NCBI RefSeq assembly: GCF_003018255.1 | Contig: NZ_CP027440.1 | DNA from: Escherichia coli | Lineage (GTDB): Bacteria > Pseudomonadota > Gammaproteobacteria > Enterobacterales > Enterobacteriaceae | Strand: one strand, 5' to 3' | Length of the DNA stretch: 64,000 bases | Shown here: piece by piece, positions 9,285 through 23,990 of the stretch | Numbering within the stretch: the stretch's first letter is position 1 | How the letters are laid out: every line of letters starts with the position of its first letter | The notes under the pieces: model-generated | What the model saw: the letters and a program-made list of their open reading frames with translations, nothing else | Databases searched by the model: none | What the model was told of the DNA's origin: nothing | Position numbers and translations under genes: made by a program

Positions 9285-11570
9285 ATGAATCAGAATCTGC
9301 TGGTGACAAAGCGCGACGGTAGCACAGAGCGCATCAATCTCGACAAAATCCATCGCGTTCTGGATTGGGCGGCAGAAGGACTGCATAACGTTTCGATTTC
9401 CCAGGTCGAACTGCGCTCCCACATTCAGTTTTATGACGGTATCAAGACCTCTGACATCCACGAAACCATTATCAAGGCTGCCGCAGACCTGATCTCCCGT
9501 GATGCGCCGGATTATCAGTATCTCGCCGCGCGCCTGGCGATCTTCCACCTGCGTAAAAAAGCCTACGGCCAGTTTGAGCCGCCTGCGCTGTACGACCACG
9601 TGGTGAAAATGGTCGAGATGGGCAAATACGATAATCATCTGCTGGAAGACTACACGGAAGAAGAGTTCAAGCAGATGGACACGTTTATCGATCACGACCG
9701 TGATATGACCTTCTCTTATGCTGCCGTTAAGCAGCTGGAAGGCAAATATCTGGTACAGAACCGCGTGACCGGCGAAATCTACGAAAGCGCCCAGTTCCTT
9801 TATATTCTGGTTGCCGCGTGCCTGTTCTCGAACTACCCGCGTGAAACGCGCCTGCAATACGTGAAGCGTTTTTACGACGCGGTTTCCACATTTAAAATTT
9901 CGCTGCCGACGCCAATCATGTCCGGCGTGCGTACCCCGACTCGTCAGTTCAGCTCCTGCGTACTGATCGAGTGCGGCGACAGCCTGGATTCCATCAACGC
10001 CACCTCCAGCGCGATTGTTAAATACGTTTCCCAGCGTGCCGGGATCGGCATCAACGCCGGGCGTATTCGTGCGTTGGGTAGCCCGATTCGCGGTGGCGAA
10101 GCATTCCACACCGGCTGTATTCCGTTTTACAAACATTTCCAGACAGCGGTGAAATCCTGCTCTCAGGGCGGTGTGCGCGGCGGTGCGGCAACACTGTTCT
10201 ACCCGATGTGGCATCTGGAAGTGGAAAGCCTGCTGGTGTTGAAAAACAACCGTGGGGTTGAAGGCAACCGCGTGCGTCATATGGACTACGGGGTACAAAT
10301 CAACAAACTGATGTATACCCGTCTGCTGAAAGGTGAAGATATCACCCTGTTCAGCCCGTCCGACGTACCGGGGCTGTACGACGCGTTCTTCGCCGATCAG
10401 GAAGAGTTTGAACGCCTGTACACCAAATATGAGAAAGACGACAGCATCCGCAAGCAGCGTGTGAAAGCCGTTGAGCTGTTCTCGCTGATGATGCAGGAAC
10501 GTGCGTCTACCGGTCGTATCTATATTCAGAACGTAGACCACTGCAACACCCACAGCCCGTTTGATCCGGCTATTGCACCAGTGCGCCAGTCTAACCTGTG
10601 CCTGGAAATCGCCCTACCGACCAAACCACTGAACGACGTCAACGACGAGAACGGTGAAATCGCGCTGTGTACGCTTTCTGCTTTCAACCTGGGCGCAATT
10701 AACAGCCTGGATGAACTGGAAGAGCTGGCAATTCTGGCGGTTCGCGCACTCGACGCACTGCTGGATTATCAGGATTACCCGATCCCGGCCGCTAAACGTG
10801 GAGCGATGGGGCGTCGTACGCTGGGTATTGGTGTGATCAACTTCGCTTACTACCTGGCGAAGCACGGTAAACGCTACTCCGACGGCAGCGCCAACAACCT
10901 GACGCATAAAACCTTCGAAGCCATTCAGTATTACCTGCTGAAAGCGTCTAATGAGCTGGCGAAAGAGCAAGGCGCGTGCCCGTGGTTTAACGAAACCACT
11001 TACGCGAAAGGGATCCTGCCGATCGATACCTATAAGAAAGATCTGGATGCCATCGCTAATGAGCCGCTGCATTACGACTGGGAAGCACTGCGTGAGTCAA
11101 TCAAAACGCACGGCCTGCGTAACTCCACGCTTTCTGCTCTGATGCCGTCAGAGACCTCTTCGCAGATCTCTAACGCCACTAACGGTATTGAACCGCCGCG
11201 TGGTTACGTCAGCATCAAAGCGTCGAAAGACGGTATTCTGCGCCAGGTGGTGCCGGACTACGAGCATCTGCACGACGCCTATGAACTGCTGTGGGAAATG
11301 CCGGGTAACGATGGCTATCTGCAACTGGTGGGTATCATGCAGAAATTTATCGATCAGTCGATCTCTGCTAACACCAACTACGATCCGTCACGCTTCCCGT
11401 CAGGAAAAGTGCCGATGCAGCAACTGCTGAAAGACCTGCTCACCGCCTACAAATTCGGGGTCAAAACGCTGTATTATCAGAACACCCGTGACGGTGCTGA
11501 AGACGCACAAGACGATCTGGTACCGTCAATCCAGGACGATGGCTGCGAAAGCGGCGCATGTAAGATCTGA
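9285..11570 (+). CDS. nrdA: ribonucleoside-diphosphate reductase 1 alpha subunit (class Ia)
   Basis: 761-aa ORF starting [26 protein letters not shown] (ATP-cone), catalytic Cys/Glu region, C-terminal CESGACKI. Confidence 0.97.
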
Positions 11571-11578
11571 TATTGAGA

Positions 11579-11610
11579 TGCCGGATGCGGCGTAAAATGC
11601 CTTATCCGGC
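11579..11610. repeat. REP-like palindrome in the nrdA-nrdB spacer
   Basis: GCCGGATGCGGCGTAAAATGCCTTATCCGGC imperfect palindrome of REP type. Confidence 0.45.
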
Positions 11611-11635
11611 ATTAAACTCCCAACAGGACACATTC

Positions 11636-12766
11636 ATGGCATATACCACCTTTTCACAGACGAAAAATGATCAGCTGAAAGAACCGATGTTCTTTGGTCA
11701 GCCGGTTAACGTGGCTCGCTACGATCAGCAAAAATATGACATCTTCGAAAAGCTGATCGAAAAGCAGCTCTCTTTCTTCTGGCGTCCGGAAGAAGTTGAC
11801 GTTTCTCGTGACCGTATCGATTACCAGGCACTACCTGAACACGAAAAACACATCTTTATCAGCAACCTGAAATATCAGACGCTGCTGGACTCCATTCAGG
11901 GTCGCAGCCCGAACGTGGCACTGCTGCCGCTGATCTCGATCCCTGAGCTGGAAACCTGGGTCGAAACCTGGGCGTTCTCAGAAACCATTCACTCTCGTTC
12001 TTATACCCATATCATTCGTAATATCGTTAACGATCCGTCTGTTGTGTTTGACGATATCGTCACCAACGAGCAGATCCAGAAACGTGCGGAAGGGATCTCC
12101 AGCTATTACGATGAGCTGATCGAAATGACCAGCTACTGGCATCTGCTGGGCGAAGGTACCCACACCGTTAACGGTAAAACCGTAACCGTTAGCCTGCGCG
12201 AGCTGAAGAAAAAACTGTATCTCTGCCTGATGAGCGTTAACGCGCTGGAAGCGATCCGCTTCTACGTCAGCTTTGCTTGTTCCTTTGCCTTTGCAGAACG
12301 CGAACTGATGGAAGGTAACGCCAAAATTATTCGCCTGATTGCCCGCGATGAAGCCCTGCACCTGACCGGTACTCAGCATATGCTGAATCTGCTGCGCAGC
12401 GGCGCGGATGATCCGGAGATGGCGGAAATTGCCGAAGAATGTAAGCAGGAGTGCTATGACCTGTTTGTCCAGGCGGCACAGCAAGAGAAAGACTGGGCGG
12501 ATTATCTGTTCCGTGACGGTTCGATGATTGGTCTGAATAAAGACATTCTCTGCCAGTACGTTGAATACATCACCAATATCCGCATGCAGGCAGTCGGTTT
12601 GGATCTGCCGTTCCAGACACGCTCCAACCCGATCCCGTGGATCAATACCTGGCTGGTGTCTGATAACGTGCAGGTTGCTCCGCAGGAAGTGGAAGTCAGT
12701 TCTTATCTGGTCGGGCAGATTGACTCGGAAGTGGACACCGACGATTTGAGTAACTTCCAGCTCTGA
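11636..12766 (+). CDS. nrdB: ribonucleoside-diphosphate reductase 1 beta subunit (diferric-tyrosyl radical)
   Basis: ORF 11573-12766; internal start [22 protein letters not shown] at 11636 matches the NrdB N-terminus as I recall it; the 5' extension lies in the REP-containing spacer. Confidence 0.95.
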
Positions 12767-13020
12767 TGGCTCGCGTTACCCTGCGCATCACTGGCACACA
12801 ACTGCTGTGCCAGGATGAACACCCTTCCCTTCTGGCGGCGCTGGAATCCCACAATGTGGCGGTTGAGTACCAGTGCCGCGAAGGTTACTGCGGTTCCTGT
12901 CGCACGCGCCTTGTTGCAGGCCAGGTGGACTGGATTGCCGAACCGTTAGCCTTTATTCAGCCGGGGGAAATTTTGCCCTGTTGTTGCCGGGCAAAAGGCG
13001 ATATTGAAATCGAGTTGTGA
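12766..13020 (+). CDS. yfaE: 2Fe-2S ferredoxin involved in maintaining the NrdB cofactor
   Basis: 84-aa ORF with the CxxxxCxxC...C ferredoxin cysteine pattern (CREGYCGSCRTRL...CCC); ATG overlaps the nrdB stop (TGATGG), suggesting translational coupling. Confidence 0.9.
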   Translation: MARVTLRITGTQLLCQDEHPSLLAALESHNVAVEYQCREGYCGSCRTRLVAGQVDWIAEPLAFIQPGEILPCCCRAKGDIEIEL

Positions 13021-13032
13021 TCGGGTACTAGC

Positions 13033-13068
13033 GCCAGATACGACGCTTACGCGTATTATCTGGCCTAC
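13033..13068. repeat. REP-like palindrome downstream of yfaE / inaA
   Basis: GCCAGATACGACGCTTACGCGTATTATCTGGCCTAC. Confidence 0.45.
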
Positions 13069-13073
13069 AACGA

Positions 13074-13724
13074 TTACATGGCGTAGTAATACGCTTTCAC
13101 CTGCTCCCAGTCCGCTTTAGGGATCGGCTCCAGATATTTTTCCAGCTGGCGGAAGTCATGATTAATCGCTTTATCGCGACGCAAGCGGCGACGACTTTTC
13201 TCCAGATCAAGAAAACCAGCTTCTGACTTACCTTCTGTTTTCACATAGATATGGCGAACATAGCAACAGCCATGCTGACGATTAACGCTATGCATTTTCT
13301 TAAACGCCAGCGCCACTGCTTTCAACATGGCTTGCCGTACTTCGTCAGAATAGGGCGTTACTGCATGCTGGGCATACCAGTCAGCAATGCTGATGAACCC
13401 CGCCATATCTTCAGTCACCAGCAACGCGCGCCATTCCCCCTCAATTTTCACCGCTTCACCAAAAACGATCTTCGGCACGATGACACCGGCCCGTTCCAGT
13501 TCTTTAATTACCGCAACCTCACGGACAATCGTTGGTCGGCCGAACGGATAACGTACGGAATGAAACAGATGATGCGTCATGCGCTTTACATATAGCTTTT
13601 TGCCGTTGCGCTCGACGCATTGCACCCCGCTCATACCATTACGGCGATAGTTAGGCTCTTCAACCCAGTCGCCCTCTGTTGCCCACCAGTGATTAAATTC
13701 GTCGTGCTTTGCTGAAACTGCCAT
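13074..13724 (-). CDS. inaA: acid-inducible Kdo/WaaP-family kinase-like protein
   Basis: 216-aa ORF starting MAVSAKHDEFNHWWATEGDWVEEPNYRRNGMSGVQ; position matches InaA. Confidence 0.88.
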   Translation of the reverse strand: MAVSAKHDEFNHWWATEGDWVEEPNYRRNGMSGVQCVERNGKKLYVKRMTHHLFHSVRYPFGRPTIVREVAVIKELERAGVIVPKIVFGEAVKIEGEWRALLVTEDMAGFISIADWYAQHAVTPYSDEVRQAMLKAVALAFKKMHSVNRQHGCCYVRHIYVKTEGKSEAGFLDLEKSRRRLRRDKAINHDFRQLEKYLEPIPKADWEQVKAYYYAM

Positions 13725-13926
13725 ACCCTATCGCCTGTCGTTTTTTATTAACGACAATGACTATAGATGTTTAGCTGAGGAAAATCTTAATAATACGTGT
13801 TGTATTGACGAGTATCTTATGCCGGGAACAAGTCATCTCGCTCAAAATAATTGCAATTAAGGATAACCCACAGACTTTAATGAAGAGTGGTATCGGATAG
13901 CACATAAGTGCCATCCGGTAGTTAAT

Positions 13927-15003
13927 TTACTCTTTATTAAGAAATTTTACTGCCTTATCAGGGAAATCAGTAAATAGCCCATTTACACCCGCTTTGTTAT
14001 ACAGAGCATCATATAACTGATTCACATCAGTAGTGTATTCAGGCAGTTTATCTGACCGCACGGTATAAGGATGCACTACCAGCTTGTTCTGCTGAGCATC
14101 TTGCACCATGCCAGTGAGTTTGATATTACCCGGCTGCGATGTCTCCTCAATCAACATATGGTAATCCGGACCAATACCATCTGCATATTCCGCCACCTGT
14201 TTCATGGCTCCCGGCTTAAACATCCAGTCGTAGTTGTAATTAACCCAGCTTCCGTCCGGCTGTTTCTGCTGCGTTTCATTCCAGTCGGTATAGGCAATCA
14301 GCTGTACCAGATTGAGGTCCATGCCCATTTTAGGTTCCAGCTCATTCTTAATACGCTTCAGTTCATCGGCATCAAAACATTGCAAATAAACTTTGTCGTC
14401 CTTACCGCTGTAACCATATTTCTTCAGCACTTCCAGCGTTTTTGCCGCAATATCCTTCCCTTCCTGATGATGGAACCACGGCGCTTTAATTTCTGGATAG
14501 ATACCGATATTTTTCCCGGTAGAGTGATTTAACCCCTGAACAAATTCAATCTCTTCTTCGAAAGTGTGTACCCGGAAGTCAGATTTACCCATCGGGAAAC
14601 GGCCCGGATAAGTCTGTACTTTCTTACCGTTTTCAATATCGAAACCTTCGGTAAATTTCAGTGACTTAATTTCATCGAGCGTGAAATCTATCGCGTAGTA
14701 ACGACCGTCTTTGCGCGCCCGATCCGGGAAACGATCGGCAACATCAGTAACACGATCGAGATAATGGTCATGCAGGACAACCAGATGGTCGTCCTTCGTC
14801 ATCACCAAATCCTGTTCCAGATAATCCGCTCCCTGCGCATACGCCATCGCTTTTGCTGGCAGCGTATGCTCCGGCAAATATCCACTGGCACCGCGATGGG
14901 CGATGACTATTTTTTCGTTGCTGTCCGCCGCCATTGCACTACTTCCCATGACCATAGTGCTCATCATGATCGCCATGCTAAGGTTTTTCAGCGTCAATTT
15001 CAT
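13927..15003 (-). CDS. glpQ: periplasmic glycerophosphodiester phosphodiesterase
   Basis: ORF 13927-15060; the signal-peptide start MKLTLKNLSMAIMMSTMVMGSSAMA at 15003 is preferred; lies 4 nt downstream of glpT. Confidence 0.93.
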   Translation of the reverse strand: MKLTLKNLSMAIMMSTMVMGSSAMAADSNEKIVIAHRGASGYLPEHTLPAKAMAYAQGADYLEQDLVMTKDDHLVVLHDHYLDRVTDVADRFPDRARKDGRYYAIDFTLDEIKSLKFTEGFDIENGKKVQTYPGRFPMGKSDFRVHTFEEEIEFVQGLNHSTGKNIGIYPEIKAPWFHHQEGKDIAAKTLEVLKKYGYSGKDDKVYLQCFDADELKRIKNELEPKMGMDLNLVQLIAYTDWNETQQKQPDGSWVNYNYDWMFKPGAMKQVAEYADGIGPDYHMLIEETSQPGNIKLTGMVQDAQQNKLVVHPYTVRSDKLPEYTTDVNQLYDALYNKAGVNGLFTDFPDKAVKFLNKE

Positions 15004-15007
15004 GCCA

Positions 15008-16366
15008 TTAGCCTCCGTTGCGTTTTTGCAGTAATTCCTGATGGCGACGTTTTTCGCCAATCATCACAACAATCAACAAGATAACCGCGAGAATGCTGCC
15101 GCCAATCATTACCATAAAGCCGCCATCCCAGCCGAAGAAGTCCACGGTGTAGCCAACAATCGCGCTCGCCGCCACCGAACCGCCCAGGTAACCAAACAGC
15201 CCGGTAAAGCCCGCTGCCGTACCTGCCGCTTTTTTCGGTGCCAGTTCCAGCGCATGCAGACCGATCAACATCACAGGACCGTAAATCAGGAAGCCGATAA
15301 CAATCATACAGATCATATCGACGTTCGGATTGCCCGCCGGGTTCATCCAGTAAACGATAGTCGCGATGGTCACCAGTGTCATAAAGAAGACGCCGGTGGC
15401 CCCACGGTTGCCACGGAAGACTTTATCCGACATCCAGCCGCACAGCAGGGTGCCCGGAATGCCCGCATACTCATAGAAGAAGTAGGCCCAGGAGGATTTA
15501 TCCAGCGCGAAGTGTTTCACCTCTTTCAGATAAGTCGGTGACCAGTCGAGGATGCCGTAACGCAGCAGATAAACGAACACGTTGGCGATAGCGATGTACC
15601 ACAGCAATTTGTTCGGCAGCACGTACTGCATGAAGATTTGCTTCGCAGTCAGCTCCTGTTCCGCTTTTTCGTTATAGTCGTCCGGATAATCATTTTTGTA
15701 CTCTTCGATCGGCGGCAGGCCACAAGATTGCGGGGTATCGCGCATCATCGCAAAGGCGAACAGTGCCACCAGAATGGCGCAGAAAGCGGGCATATAGAGC
15801 GCCGCGTGCCAGTCATTGAACCAGGCCATCCCCAGCAGGAACAGCAGCGGCGGAATACCACCACCGACGTTGTGCGCACAGTTCCACACTGACACAATGC
15901 CGCCACGTTCTTTCTGCGACCACCAGTGCACCATAGTACGACCACACGGCGGCCACCCCATCCCCTGGAACCAACCGCAGAGGAACAACAGTACAAACAT
16001 CACCGCAATGCTCGACGTCGCCCACGGCACAAAGCCCATAAACAACATCACTGCCGCCGCCAGAATCAAACCTGCGGGCAGGAAAACGCGCGGATTCGAG
16101 CGATCCGACACCGAGCCCATGATGAATTTCGAAAATCCATAAGCGATCGAGATCCCAGAAAGCGCGAAACCTAAATCACCGCGTGAGAATCCCTGCTCGA
16201 CCAGGTAAGGCATAGCAAGCGCAAAGTTCTTACGAACCAAATAGTAAGCAGCATAGCCAAAGAATATCCCCAGGAAAATTTGCCAGCGCAATCGACGATA
16301 AGTCGGATCGATCTCCGCGGCAGGTAAGCGCGCTTTGTGTGGCGCTGGTTTAAAAATACTCAACAT
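15008..16366 (-). CDS. glpT: glycerol-3-phosphate:phosphate antiporter (MFS)
   Basis: 452-aa ORF starting [31 protein letters not shown], multi-TM MFS. Confidence 0.95.
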   Translation of the reverse strand: MLSIFKPAPHKARLPAAEIDPTYRRLRWQIFLGIFFGYAAYYLVRKNFALAMPYLVEQGFSRGDLGFALSGISIAYGFSKFIMGSVSDRSNPRVFLPAGLILAAAVMLFMGFVPWATSSIAVMFVLLFLCGWFQGMGWPPCGRTMVHWWSQKERGGIVSVWNCAHNVGGGIPPLLFLLGMAWFNDWHAALYMPAFCAILVALFAFAMMRDTPQSCGLPPIEEYKNDYPDDYNEKAEQELTAKQIFMQYVLPNKLLWYIAIANVFVYLLRYGILDWSPTYLKEVKHFALDKSSWAYFFYEYAGIPGTLLCGWMSDKVFRGNRGATGVFFMTLVTIATIVYWMNPAGNPNVDMICMIVIGFLIYGPVMLIGLHALELAPKKAAGTAAGFTGLFGYLGGSVAASAIVGYTVDFFGWDGGFMVMIGGSILAVILLIVVMIGEKRRHQELLQKRNGG

Positions 16367-16638
16367 TGATAGCCTCCGTGGCCCGTGGTCTTATTTATGA
16401 TTAACAGCCTGATTCAGTGGGAGAACCTGCCGTTTCTTGAGTTGCCGCGATGTTAAGAAAACATTCATAAATTAAATGTGAATTACCGCACACATTATTA
16501 AATACGATGGTTTAAATGTTCAGAATGACGCATGAAATCACGTTTCACTTTCGAATTGTGAGCGAATATGCGCGAAATCAAACAATTCATGTTTTTACTA
16601 TGGCTAAATGGTAAAAAACGAACTTCAGAGGGATAACA
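16367..16638. promoter_or_regulatory. divergent glpTQ / glpACB control region; CRP-like site TGTGAattaccGCACA at 16477-16492
   Basis: 272-bp divergent spacer; sequence match to the CRP consensus TGTGA-N6-TCACA; GlpR operators are expected here but I did not map them confidently. Confidence 0.45.
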
Positions 16639-20703
<4,065 letters not shown>

Positions 20704-20717
20704 AACTCCCATCTGAT

Positions 20718-20749
20718 GCCCGGTAAGCATGTTGTTACCGGGCATTTTT
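20718..20749 (+). terminator. rho-independent terminator of glpACB
   Basis: GC-rich hairpin GCCCGGTAAGCATGTTGTTACCGGGC followed by ATTTTT. Confidence 0.6.
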
Positions 20750-20896
20750 GCGTCCACGATTCCGCGCTCAATGTATACGTTGCAACGCAGTGAAAATTCC
20801 TCTGAAAACGTCTCGCAAAGGCTGAAACTGGCAGATGTCAAAGGCCTGGGATAACCGTAATGTCGCGTTATCATAAATATCAGGTGACGGACAACC

Positions 20897-21856
20897 ATGA
20901 CCGAATCAACAACCTCCTCCCCGCATGATGCGGTATTTAAAACCTTTATGTTCTCGCCCGATACGGCGCGAGATTTTCTCGAAATACATCTGCCAGAGCC
21001 GCTGCGCAAGCTTTGCAACCTGCAAACCTTACGCCTGGAACCCACCAGCTTTATTGAAAAAAGTTTACGCGCTTACTACTAGGATGTTTTGTGGTCGGTG
21101 GAAACCAGCGACGGTGACGGCTATATCTACTGCGTGATTGAACATCAAAGTTCTGCAGAAAAGAATATGGCTTTTCGACTAATGCGCTATGCCACTGCCG
21201 CCATGCAACGTCACCTGGATAAAGGCTATGACAGAGTTCCGCTGGTGGTGCCATTGCTGTTTTATCATGGCGAAACCTCGCCCTACCCGTACTCACTCAA
21301 CTGGCTGGATGAGTTTGACGATCCGCAACTTGCCCGGCAGTTGTACACCGAAGCTTTTCCGTTGGTGGATATCACCATCGTACCTGACGATGAGATCATG
21401 CAACATCGGCGTATAGCTCTGCTGGAACTGATTCAAAAGCATATTCGCGACCGCGATTTAATCGGTATGGTCGACAGGATCACCACGCTTTTGGTTAGAG
21501 GCTTCACTAATGACAGCCAGCTACAAACGCTGTTTAATTATCTGCTGCAATGCGGCGATACCTCCCGTTTCACCCGCTTTATTCAGGAGATTGCCGAACG
21601 TTCACCACTACAAAAGGAGAGATTAATGACTATTGCTGAACGGCTACGGCAGGAAGGACATCAAATTGGCTGGCAGGAAGGTAAATTAGAAGGCTGGCAG
21701 GAGGGGAAATTGGAGGGTTTGCAGAAAGGCAAAGTAGAAGGTATGCATGAACAAGCCATTAAAATTGCCTTGCGCATGCTGGAACAGGGCTTTGAACGTG
21801 AGATTGTGCTGGCGACAACCCAACTCACTGATGCTGATATTCCGAACGGTCATTAA
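20897..21856 (+). pseudogene. yfaD: Rpn-family (PDDEXK nuclease-like, YhgA-like) protein gene interrupted by an in-frame TAG at 21080-21082
   Basis: Two same-frame ORFs (20897-21082 and 21089-21856) separated only by TAG. Translation across it reads ..[34 protein letters not shown].., a continuous Rpn N-terminal motif as I recall the family. The 255-aa downstream ORF in the track begins at a TTG. Confidence 0.55.
21626..21856 (+). CDS. candidate intragenic C-terminal small protein of the Rpn gene (76 aa, same frame)
   Basis: Internal ATG at 21626 preceded by AAGGAG with 6-nt spacing (..caAAAGGAGagattaATG..); encodes [39 protein letters not shown]...; the same SD+ATG block is duplicated at ypaA. 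Confidence 0.35.
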   Translation: MTIAERLRQEGHQIGWQEGKLEGWQEGKLEGLQKGKVEGMHEQAIKIALRMLEQGFEREIVLATTQLTDADIPNGH

Positions 21857-21868
21857 AAGGAGAGATTA

Positions 21869-22042
21869 ATGACTATTGCTGAACGGCTACGGCAGGAAGG
21901 ACATCAAATTGGCTGGCAGGAAGGCATGCATGAACAAGCCATTAAAATTGCTTTGCGCATGCTGGAGCAGGGCATTGATCGTGATCAGGTGCTCGCGGCC
22001 ACTCAGCTAAGCGAAGCCGATCTGGCAGCGAATAACCACTAA
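21869..22042 (+). CDS. ypaA: free-standing Rpn C-terminal-tail small protein (57 aa)
   Basis: ATG at 21869 with AAGGAG at 21857-21862; [57 protein letters not shown]. Its first ~70 nt are identical to 21611-21680 inside yfaD. Below the 60-aa ORF-track cutoff. Confidence 0.6.
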   Translation: MTIAERLRQEGHQIGWQEGMHEQAIKIALRMLEQGIDRDQVLAATQLSEADLAANNH

Positions 22043-22049
22043 TTAACAC

Positions 22050-22079
22050 AGGCCCACAGCCGATCCCCATGGGCCTTTG
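22050..22079. terminator. hairpin between convergent ypaA and rhmA (possible bidirectional terminator)
   Basis: AGGCCCA...TGGGCCT stem followed by TTTGA. Confidence 0.35.
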
Positions 22080-22082
22080 ATA

Positions 22083-22886
22083 TCAATAACTACCTTTTAC
22101 GCGTGGCCCATTTTTGCCTGATTTAAACATCGCCAGTCGTTGATCCAGGGCATCGCTGTAGAGCATCGTGTCAACGCCAACAGCGACAAAGTTCGCTCCC
22201 CACGCCAGGCATTGCTGCGCCATATCAGGAGCCACAGCCAGAAAACCAGCCGCTTTACCCGCAGCACGGATCCGCCGAATGCTGGTTTCAATAATTCGCT
22301 GCACTTCCGGGTGCCCGGCGTTATCCGGGTAGCCCAACGACGCAGAAAGATCCGCAGGTCCAATAAACACGCCATCAATCCCTTCAACATCGAGGATTTC
22401 GTCCAGGTTATCCAGTGCCGTTTTACTTTCCACCTGCACCAACAGACAAAGCGAATCGTTGACTTGCGCCATGTAATTCTCAATGCGTCCCCAGCGCGCA
22501 GCCCGTGCCACACTGGCCCCAACACCACGCTCACCGTAGGGAGGATAGCGCGTGGCAGACACCACCTGACGTGCCTGATCGGCAGTATCGACCATTGGGA
22601 TCAGTAGAGTTTGCGCGCCAATATCCAGGACTTGTTTAATCAGCGGCTTACTGCCTTCCACCGGACGGATCACGGGGTGGCTGGCATAGGGCGCTACCGC
22701 CTGTAGCTGGTGATAAAGATCCTGAATGGTGTTTGGCGCATGCTCCCCGTCAATCAGCAACCAGTCATAACCGGAAGTGGCGGCAATTTCTGCCATATAG
22801 GCAGTCGTTGAGCTTAACCACAGACCAATTTGCACTTCGCCCTTGCGTAAACGTTCTTTAAAGGGATTGGTTAATAATGCGTTCAT
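22083..22886 (-). CDS. rhmA: 2-keto-3-deoxy-L-rhamnonate aldolase (HpcH/HpaI family)
   Basis: 267-aa ORF starting [26 protein letters not shown]; class II aldolase fold motifs. Confidence 0.9.
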   Translation of the reverse strand: MNALLTNPFKERLRKGEVQIGLWLSSTTAYMAEIAATSGYDWLLIDGEHAPNTIQDLYHQLQAVAPYASHPVIRPVEGSKPLIKQVLDIGAQTLLIPMVDTADQARQVVSATRYPPYGERGVGASVARAARWGRIENYMAQVNDSLCLLVQVESKTALDNLDEILDVEGIDGVFIGPADLSASLGYPDNAGHPEVQRIIETSIRRIRAAGKAAGFLAVAPDMAQQCLAWGANFVAVGVDTMLYSDALDQRLAMFKSGKNGPRVKGSY

Positions 22887-22902
22887 CGTGTTCCTTAACT
22901 AT

Positions 22903-23990
22903 TTAATGATGTGCCACGTCGGTCTGCGCAACAGTGCGATTTACACGCAGAGTGAAAATAATCAGCGAACCGATGACCGCCACCGCTGCCAGCGTCAGTA
23001 ATCCCGCCGCATCGCTGGAAAATAACGTTTCTGCTTTCACGCGCAGGATCGGGGCAATAAACCCGCCCACTGCACCAAACAGGTTTATAAAACCAATCCC
23101 CGCAGCCAGCGCCGTACCGGAAAGAAGCTGTGTCGGCATCGTCCAGAACACTGGCTGTACGGCAATAAACCCGATGGCTGCAACACACAGCGCAACGATC
23201 GCCAGTAATGTCAGCGCCGCGACATTACGCCGCTCGCCGGTTTTATCGGAATAGCGCGGAATAAGCCAGGTCCCAAACAAGGCCGCGACCCACGGAATGG
23301 CGGTGACCACCGACGCCGTAAAGCCCACTTTTGTCCCCAACAATGCAGCAACCTGCGTCGGCAGGAAGAAAATTAATCCGTAAACCGCCACCTGAATGGT
23401 CAGGTAGATAATCGCCAGTTGCCAGACTCGGCCATTACGCAGCGCATCGCTCAATCGAGAAGTCACTTTCTGTTGTTCTTCACTTGCCAGTTGGTTGATA
23501 AGCAACGTTTTTTCTTCTTTACTCAGAAAACGTGCCTGCTCCGGCGTGTCATCAAGCCAAAAGAATGTGAATACCCCAGCGCCGACTGCCAGCAATCCTT
23601 CAATCACAAACATCCAGAACCAGCCGGGATGCCCCATAAATCCATGCATCTCCAGCAGCGCGCCGGAAAGCGGTGATCCCAGTGTTAACGCCAACGGTGC
23701 GCCCATATAGAACAGCCCCATAATGCTGGCGCGATTACGCTGCGGAAACCATTGCGAGGTGAGATAAATCATACCAGGGAAGAACCCGGCCTCCGCAGCA
23801 CCAAGCAGAGTACGAACGATCAGAAATTTCGCTTCAGTATCGGCCCATGCCATGGCTGCCGAAAGAAATCCCCACAGCAGTGTTGTCGTACCAATCCAGG
23901 TTCTTGCCCCCAGTTTGCGCATCAAAAGATTCGCCGGAACACCCAGAAACGCATATACCACAAAGAAAATGCCTGCTCCCAGACCAGCCC
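22903..23990 (-). pseudogene. rhmT: L-rhamnonate transporter (ACS-family MFS), N-terminally truncated
   Basis: ORF 22903-24039; the MFS sequence begins only at ..GLGAGIFFVVYAFLGVPANLLMRKLGAR (the TM2 region). About 50 N-terminal residues including TM1 are missing, and the 5' end of the ORF overlaps rhmR' in another frame. Confidence 0.55.

Noticed and set aside
9195-10553. 452-aa ORF antisense to nrdA (similar long antisense ORFs at 2689-3660 in gyrA, 58875-60317 in nuoC, 55615-56613 in nuoG, 50316-51371 in nuoL, 38074-39237 in menB and 40386-41036 in menD)
   Set aside because: They lie entirely within highly conserved sense genes, have no SD or operon context, and have low-complexity R/H/Q-rich composition typical of antisense frames of GC-rich coding DNA.
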